A stretch of 32,026 nucleotides of DNA, from positions 1 through 32,026 of the forward strand of contig JANMKN010000386.1 of the NCBI GenBank assembly GCA_031372065.1, in the 5' to 3' direction. The notes beneath the pieces were generated by a model. That model was not told where the DNA came from. It ran no database searches and saw only the letters and a program-made list of their open reading frames with translations. Source of the stretch: Abditibacteriaceae bacterium. GTDB lineage: Bacteria; Armatimonadota; Abditibacteriia; Abditibacteriales; Abditibacteriaceae. The translations under genes were made by a program, and so were the position numbers. Of this stretch, positions 26,986 through 32,026 are shown one piece after another (the stretch's first letter is position 1; every line of letters starts with the position of its first letter).

Positions 26986-27582
26986 ATGAACACGGTGCAT
27001 CCCTTTCGCCCCGAACAATTGTCTTCGGACATTCGCACATCGGCGTCCGATATCCAATCGGTTTTGTTGACAGCCGAACAAATACAACAGCGCGTGCAGG
27101 AATTGGGCGCGCAAATTTCGCGCGACTACGAGGGCAAAGACCCGGTTTTGGTCGGCGTCTTAGTCGGCGCGGGCATTTTTACCGCTGATTTGTTGCGCGC
27201 CATCACTATTCCTTGTTTTCTCGAATATGTGGCGATTTCGTCGTATGGCAAGGAATCGCGTTCATCAGGTGTCGTTAAAATTGTCAAAGACCTTGACGAA
27301 ACCGTTGAAAGCCGACACGTTCTAATTGTGGAAGACATCGTAGATACTGGCCTCACGTTGAACTATTTGCTTGACATGATGCGAAATCGCAATGTGGCGA
27401 GTGTAAAAACCTGCGCTATGCTTGATAAGCCCTCTCGCCGCCTGACCGATGTTAAGTGCGATTATATTGGCTACGAAGTGCCTGACGAATTTGTGGTGGG
27501 CTATGGCCTTGATTTCGCTCAGAGGTATCGCAATCTGCCCTATGTCGGTGTGCTACGTCCCGAAGTTTATGGAGGAAAATAA
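26986..27582 (+). CDS. hpt: Hypoxanthine phosphoribosyltransferase
   Basis: PRPP motif VLIVEDIVDTGLTL, SSYG, LDKPSRR, FVVGYGLDFAQRYRNLPY. Confidence 0.95.
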   Translation: MNTVHPFRPEQLSSDIRTSASDIQSVLLTAEQIQQRVQELGAQISRDYEGKDPVLVGVLVGAGIFTADLLRAITIPCFLEYVAISSYGKESRSSGVVKIVKDLDETVESRHVLIVEDIVDTGLTLNYLLDMMRNRNVASVKTCAMLDKPSRRLTDVKCDYIGYEVPDEFVVGYGLDFAQRYRNLPYVGVLRPEVYGGK

Positions 27583-27870
27583 GCGCGAAGTGCCGCTTTT
27601 TGCCGTAGAAACTTCTTTTGCGATGCGATTCCCGATGTATGACGATGCACTCCAAAATTGCGTTACAATGACGAAAAATTTAATGCTCTGCTTTGAATAA
27701 AGCCCATTGATCAAATTTTCGGGCCGTGGCCTGCGGTGTTGCCGCCATTAAGGCTGAAAATTGAAGTTATCTCCAACACGCAATGCTATACAGCGCGACC
27801 AGCGCGCGCTTAGATTCCCCAATTTGATTTTGTTTAAAGAACGCCCCGCGTTCTGAGGTTTAAAAGGAAT

Positions 27871-30126
27871 ATGACTCAAGAAGAGACTCCGGTTTTGCCG
27901 GGTGACATTGATGTATTAGAACAGGCTGCCGTTGTGGCGGCTGGTGTGGCGGCGCGTCCGGCGCGCCGTGCGGAACGTGCTCCAGCGCGCACTGCTAAAG
28001 AACCAAAAACCACCCGTTCCCGTGCTGCGGCAACAACGGTTGCCGTGCCGGTCTCAACAGCCGCTGAATCGCCTGTTGAAACTGAGATGGAAACCATGGC
28101 CGTCAAAAGCGTAGTGCCGTCTCTGGCAACGCCAGTGGAGACGCCCCATTTCCCTGCATTAGAAGAGAATGTGGTTATGGCCCAAGAAGCTTTACCTGTG
28201 GACGCCAGCAGAGAAAGAACTGCTGTTCATGCCAATGAACAAACCGAAGGCCCAGAAGAAATTGCGGTGGAAGCGGCGCCTGAACTTGGCGAAGACAGCG
28301 GCATAAGGCCGCGTGAAATGGTGACAGCCAACGATGAGTCTGTAATGCCAAATCCCCTTAGACCGTCTGCGTCCGTGCCTATGAATCCACTGGAAGCGTT
28401 GCCTCGTGAAGAACGGCCTTTAGAAAGTCGTGGTGTGCGCTTTCGCGGACGCGAAGGTCGAGTCGAAGTGAGAGGAAGACAAGGTATGCCCATAGTTACC
28501 GATCCTCGCGCCTTTCGTCGTCAAGAAGGCGAATTGCGTGACTCGCGTGATCCACGCGAAATTCGTGAATTGCGCGACCCACGTGAGATACGCGAAATTC
28601 GTGAGGCGCGCGAACCACGCGAAATGCGCGATAAAGAAGGCAATGTTTTGCCCGGTGGACGTCTGGCTTCGCCGCTGCGCGATCCGCGTCTTGAAGGGCG
28701 CGTTGAAGGGCGTGAAGCACGGGGCGAAGGTCGCGTTGAAGCGCGTGGTGAGAATCCCAATCGTGAAGTTGCCAATCGTGAAGCTCGCGGTGAGAATCCC
28801 AATCGTGAAGCGCAAGGCCGGGGTCGCTTCGAGCGCGATTTGCCGCGTGGGCGTCAGGAACTGGATTTATCCACGTTAGAAGACAAGAATTTGACCGAAT
28901 TGCGCGAAATTGCCAAGAATTTAAATATTGTCAGCACGGCTGCCCTGAAAAAAGGCGATTTGGTGTTCAAAATTCTCGAACAACAGGCCGAAAATCACGG
29001 GCATCAGTTCAAAAAAGGCATTCTCGATATTCTGCCGGACGGCAAAGGTTTTCTGCGCACCGATGGTTATCTGGCGGGCAACGAAGATGTTTATGTGTCG
29101 CAATCGCAAATCAAGCGCTTCAACTTGAAAACCGGCGACATGGTGACTGGTATGGTGCGTCCGCCCAAAGAAATGGAGCGCCATTATGGACTTTTGCGCG
29201 TGGAAGCCATCAACGGCGAAGCGCCCGATTTCTCCAAGGCGCGCAAAGAATTCGAGCGTCTCACGCCGATTTTTCCCAACAAAAAATTCAAGTTGGAAAT
29301 GGAACAGGAAAACATCACAGCGCGCGTGATTGATCTGGTCACTCCCATCGGCAAAGGCCAGCGCGGCCTGATCGTGGCACCGCCCAAAGCTGGCAAAACC
29401 ACGTTGATTAAGACAGTTGCCAACTCCATTGCTGCTAATCATCCCGAAGTCATTTTGATTGTGCTGCTGATTGATGAGCGCCCCGAAGAAGTGACTGACA
29501 TTGCGCGCAGCGTAAAGGGTGAAGTCGTCGCTTCCACGTTTGACGAACTACCAGAAAATCATATGCGCGTGGCTGAAATGGTCTTTGAAAAGGCCAAGCG
29601 TTTGGCCGAGCAGAAAAAAGATGTCGTCATTTTGATGGACTCGTTGACCCGTTTGGCACGCGCTTCTAACCTTGTTGTCAATCCGTCGGGCCGCACTATG
29701 ACGGGCGGTCTTGATCCGGCAGCGATGCATCGCCCCAAGCGTATGTTCGGCGCGGCGCGCAACATCGAAGAAGGTGGTTCGTTGACCATTTTGGCGACGG
29801 TTCTGGTGGACACCGGCAGCCGCATGGACGAATACATTTTTGAAGAATTGAAAGGCACCGGTAACATGGACTTGGTGCTGGATCGTAATCTGTTTGATTC
29901 GCGCGTCTTTCCGGCGATTGACATCAACAAAAGCGGCACGCGCCGCGATGATTTGCTGCTGAGCAAAGAAGATTTAACGGCGACAATGCACCTGCGGCGC
30001 ACTTTGGCAGCGTTGGACAACGATAAAGCCATTCATTTGTTGATTGATCGCCTCAAAAACACCAAAACCAACGAAGAATTCATGCAAATTGTGCAGCGTT
30101 CTTCGCGCGCGCAAGGCAATTCCTAA
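27871..30126 (+). CDS. rho: Transcription termination factor Rho with long N-terminal extension
   Basis: GFLR, DVYVSQSQI, PIGKGQRGLIVAPPKAGKT, LIDERPEEVTD, DSLTRLARA, FPAIDINKSGTRRDDLL; AAGGA RBS. Confidence 0.97.
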   Translation: MTQEETPVLPGDIDVLEQAAVVAAGVAARPARRAERAPARTAKEPKTTRSRAAATTVAVPVSTAAESPVETEMETMAVKSVVPSLATPVETPHFPALEENVVMAQEALPVDASRERTAVHANEQTEGPEEIAVEAAPELGEDSGIRPREMVTANDESVMPNPLRPSASVPMNPLEALPREERPLESRGVRFRGREGRVEVRGRQGMPIVTDPRAFRRQEGELRDSRDPREIRELRDPREIREIREAREPREMRDKEGNVLPGGRLASPLRDPRLEGRVEGREARGEGRVEARGENPNREVANREARGENPNREAQGRGRFERDLPRGRQELDLSTLEDKNLTELREIAKNLNIVSTAALKKGDLVFKILEQQAENHGHQFKKGILDILPDGKGFLRTDGYLAGNEDVYVSQSQIKRFNLKTGDMVTGMVRPPKEMERHYGLLRVEAINGEAPDFSKARKEFERLTPIFPNKKFKLEMEQENITARVIDLVTPIGKGQRGLIVAPPKAGKTTLIKTVANSIAANHPEVILIVLLIDERPEEVTDIARSVKGEVVASTFDELPENHMRVAEMVFEKAKRLAEQKKDVVILMDSLTRLARASNLVVNPSGRTMTGGLDPAAMHRPKRMFGAARNIEEGGSLTILATVLVDTGSRMDEYIFEELKGTGNMDLVLDRNLFDSRVFPAIDINKSGTRRDDLLLSKEDLTATMHLRRTLAALDNDKAIHLLIDRLKNTKTNEEFMQIVQRSSRAQGNS

Positions 30127-30252
30127 GCCGATTGAGTGAAGCACACCATTTTGTGGAAAACCCGACAGAGAAGCTAAAAGTAGGCGCGTGGCGAAGTTGT
30201 TGCTTGTTACGCGCTTGATTCTTTTCGGAAAATCCTTTTGGAAAATGGTGCC

Positions 30253-31152
30253 ATGAACGAAAACACGTTTCCTCTTAATGCGAGTTTGACCAATGTCGGC
30301 CCTCAACCGAGAGCCGTGTTGGGGCAATCCAACGCTTCATCAATATCCCTTGTGGAAACCGCGAATTCATCACAACAGGGAACCGGCCAAAGCAATTTGG
30401 TTTCTGACCCGCCTACTATGGAAATGGCGGTCATTGTTCCCACTTTGAACGAGCGCGAGAATATCGAGCCGCTGATTGCCGATATTTTAGCTGCCGACGC
30501 GCGCTTGCACGTCATTGTCGTGGACGATGGTTCTGCCGATGGCACTGCTGCGTTTGTCAATGAATTTTCGCACAGCGCAAGCGGCGATGCGAATCGCGTT
30601 CATTTAATTGATCGCGGCAAGAAATTAGGCTATGCTTCGGCCATTCAAGATGGAATGCGCCTCGCCTTGAAAGAGGGCGCGCGTCTCATTTTGCAAATGG
30701 ACGCCGACTTTTCGCACAATCCTTCTTATCTGCCAGAATTGTTGAAAAAACAAGCTGAAAACGACTGCGATTTGGTCATAGGTTCACGTTATGTGCCGGG
30801 TGGCGGCACCAAAAACTGGGGCATTGACCGCAAAATTATGTCGGCAGGCGCAAATTCGTTGGCGCGCACCTTGTTGGATTTATCCGCCAACGATTGCACT
30901 GCCGGGTTTCGTTGTTGGAAGCGCGATTTGATTGAAAAATCGGGTGTTTTGGACGTGCAAGTGCAAGGTTACGCGTTCTTATTTATGACGTTGTATCGCT
31001 GCACCCGCCTTGGCGCGAAAATCGGTGAAGTGCCGATTATTTTCGTGGACAGGCAATATGGCAAAAGCAAAATGAGTCGCCGCATCGCCGTCGAAGGCGT
31101 GCGAGTGTTGTGGAAACTGTGGTGGCAACACGTTCGCGGCAAGAGTGTCTGA
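30253..31152 (+). CDS. Polyprenol-monophosphomannose synthase-like GT2 (DPM1 family)
   Basis: VIVPTLNEREN, VVDDGSADGT, QMDADFSH, GSRYVPGG, DCTAGFR, EVPIIFVDR..GKSKM. Start uncertain (30253 or 30418). Confidence 0.88.
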   Translation: MNENTFPLNASLTNVGPQPRAVLGQSNASSISLVETANSSQQGTGQSNLVSDPPTMEMAVIVPTLNERENIEPLIADILAADARLHVIVVDDGSADGTAAFVNEFSHSASGDANRVHLIDRGKKLGYASAIQDGMRLALKEGARLILQMDADFSHNPSYLPELLKKQAENDCDLVIGSRYVPGGGTKNWGIDRKIMSAGANSLARTLLDLSANDCTAGFRCWKRDLIEKSGVLDVQVQGYAFLFMTLYRCTRLGAKIGEVPIIFVDRQYGKSKMSRRIAVEGVRVLWKLWWQHVRGKSV

Positions 31153-31159
31153 ATGCAGC

Positions 31160-31732
31160 ATGATTGGTAACACAAGAAAATTCGCGACGATCCTTGTTGC
31201 GTTGATGGTTTCAGGCACTATTTCAAAAGCCCAGCCCGATTTGGGTGCGACTGGCAAGAGCAACAATCCGCCCAATCGCGATGCTGCCCAACGCGCCGCC
31301 CAAAAAGCCGCCAAGGAAAAGCAACGGGCCAACGGCGATAAGCTGCTGAACAAACTCACTGAACGCGAGGCAGACCGTCAGGGACATCGTTTAGAGCGCC
31401 TGCCCAAGTATTTAAATGCTTACGGCATTACGGACGCGAAAACGCAGGATGCCATTATGGCGCATCTGAAAAACACCTCGACTGAGCGGCAGGAAGTAAC
31501 TAAAGCACAATATAAGCTGCGGCGCCTATTGATCGTGGCAAGCACCATGGAATCACAAATCAAGGAAGCCTCCGAGGCTTTGCGCAAAGCAGAGAAAGAT
31601 TACGAAACGGTCTTTCAAAAATCGCTGACCGATTTAGATAAAAAAGTCGCTTACACCAAAAACGTCCGCCTTGAAGCCGCTTTATTAGCTTTGGGCGCGC
31701 TTGACCCGAAAGGCATCATTGGCGCTTCTTAA
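31160..31732 (+). CDS. Secreted/periplasmic basic alpha-helical hypothetical protein
   Basis: Signal-peptide-like MIGNTRKFATILVALMVSGTISKAQP; K/A/E/R-rich helical body; directly follows the GT2 gene. Confidence 0.7.
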   Translation: MIGNTRKFATILVALMVSGTISKAQPDLGATGKSNNPPNRDAAQRAAQKAAKEKQRANGDKLLNKLTEREADRQGHRLERLPKYLNAYGITDAKTQDAIMAHLKNTSTERQEVTKAQYKLRRLLIVASTMESQIKEASEALRKAEKDYETVFQKSLTDLDKKVAYTKNVRLEAALLALGALDPKGIIGAS

Positions 31733-31852
31733 ATCACTGCAAATTACTGGCAAGCCTTGACGGATAATCACGGCAACGGTATCATGGATTAGGCCTTTGA
31801 AGTTACAGTTTCGTGACCCAAGCGGCAAAACTAACAAGCAGCAATATAATAT

Positions 31853-31923
31853 GGTGGCGTGGCCGAGAGGCTAGGCAACGGACTGCAAATCCGTCTACAT
31901 CGGTTCGATTCCGGTCGTCACCT
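31853..31923 (+). tRNA. tRNA-Cys(GCA), CCA not encoded
   Basis: Acceptor GGTGGCG/CGTCACC, anticodon arm ACGGA-CTGCAAA-TCCGT, T-loop GGTTCGATTCC, U discriminator. Confidence 0.97.
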
Positions 31924-31934
31924 CTTGAAACTCC

Positions 31935-31972
31935 AACGCCGCCCCAGATTTTTCATCTGGGGCGGCGTTTTT
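31935..31972 (+). terminator. Intrinsic terminator after tRNA-Cys
   Basis: 15-bp stem AACGCCGCCCCAGAT/ATCTGGGGCGGCGTT running into a T tract. Confidence 0.9.
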
Positions 31973-32026
31973 GCTGTCAAAATTATGCTTTCAAGCCAAA
32001 ATCGGTTGCACAACGGTGCCGGAAAC

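Noticed and set aside
31845..31850. TATAAT as the tRNA promoter -10 box
   Set aside because: Only 2 nt upstream of the mature tRNA 5' end, so the start site would fall inside the tRNA; no matching -35.
31853..32026. tRNA as integration site of an island
   Set aside because: No integrase and no duplicate of the tRNA 3' end noticed in the window; sequence beyond the edge is not visible.

Overview
Bacterial chromosomal window of mixed, mostly mid-to-high GC (judged by eye). It looks Armatimonadota/Abditibacteriota-like, but that is only an impression. Left to right: (1) a >975-aa secreted astacin-family (M12A) metalloprotease with Ig-like and beta-helix-like domains on the minus strand, missed by the ORF track because it runs off the window edge; (2) a surface-polysaccharide cluster (three GT4, one GT2, O-antigen ligase/Wzy-like protein, Wzc tyrosine autokinase); (3) a GH16 glycoside hydrolase and a cyclase-family hydrolase; (4) a three-gene nitrite/sulfite reductase module (siroheme NirA-type enzyme, small Fe-S protein, CysJ-like FAD/NADPH protein); (5) rhamnulokinase; (6) a secreted WD40 + caspase-like (C14) protein; (7) guaB3, four-helix-bundle gene, guaA, small ORF, hpt; (8) rho with a ~330-aa N-terminal low-complexity extension; (9) a DPM1-like GT2, a secreted helical protein and tRNA-Cys. 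The two strongest leads are: a four-helix-bundle (IVS-protein/Avd-like) gene bracketed by inverted heptamer arrays that run from the guaB stop to the guaA start, and a shared N-terminal docking-like peptide on all three reductase-module proteins. Other oddities are two related 21-bp tandem arrays, REP-like palindromes, a 14-nt motif found in both a REP loop and a coding loop, and a long structured guaB leader. No database searches were run; all family calls come from motif recognition.
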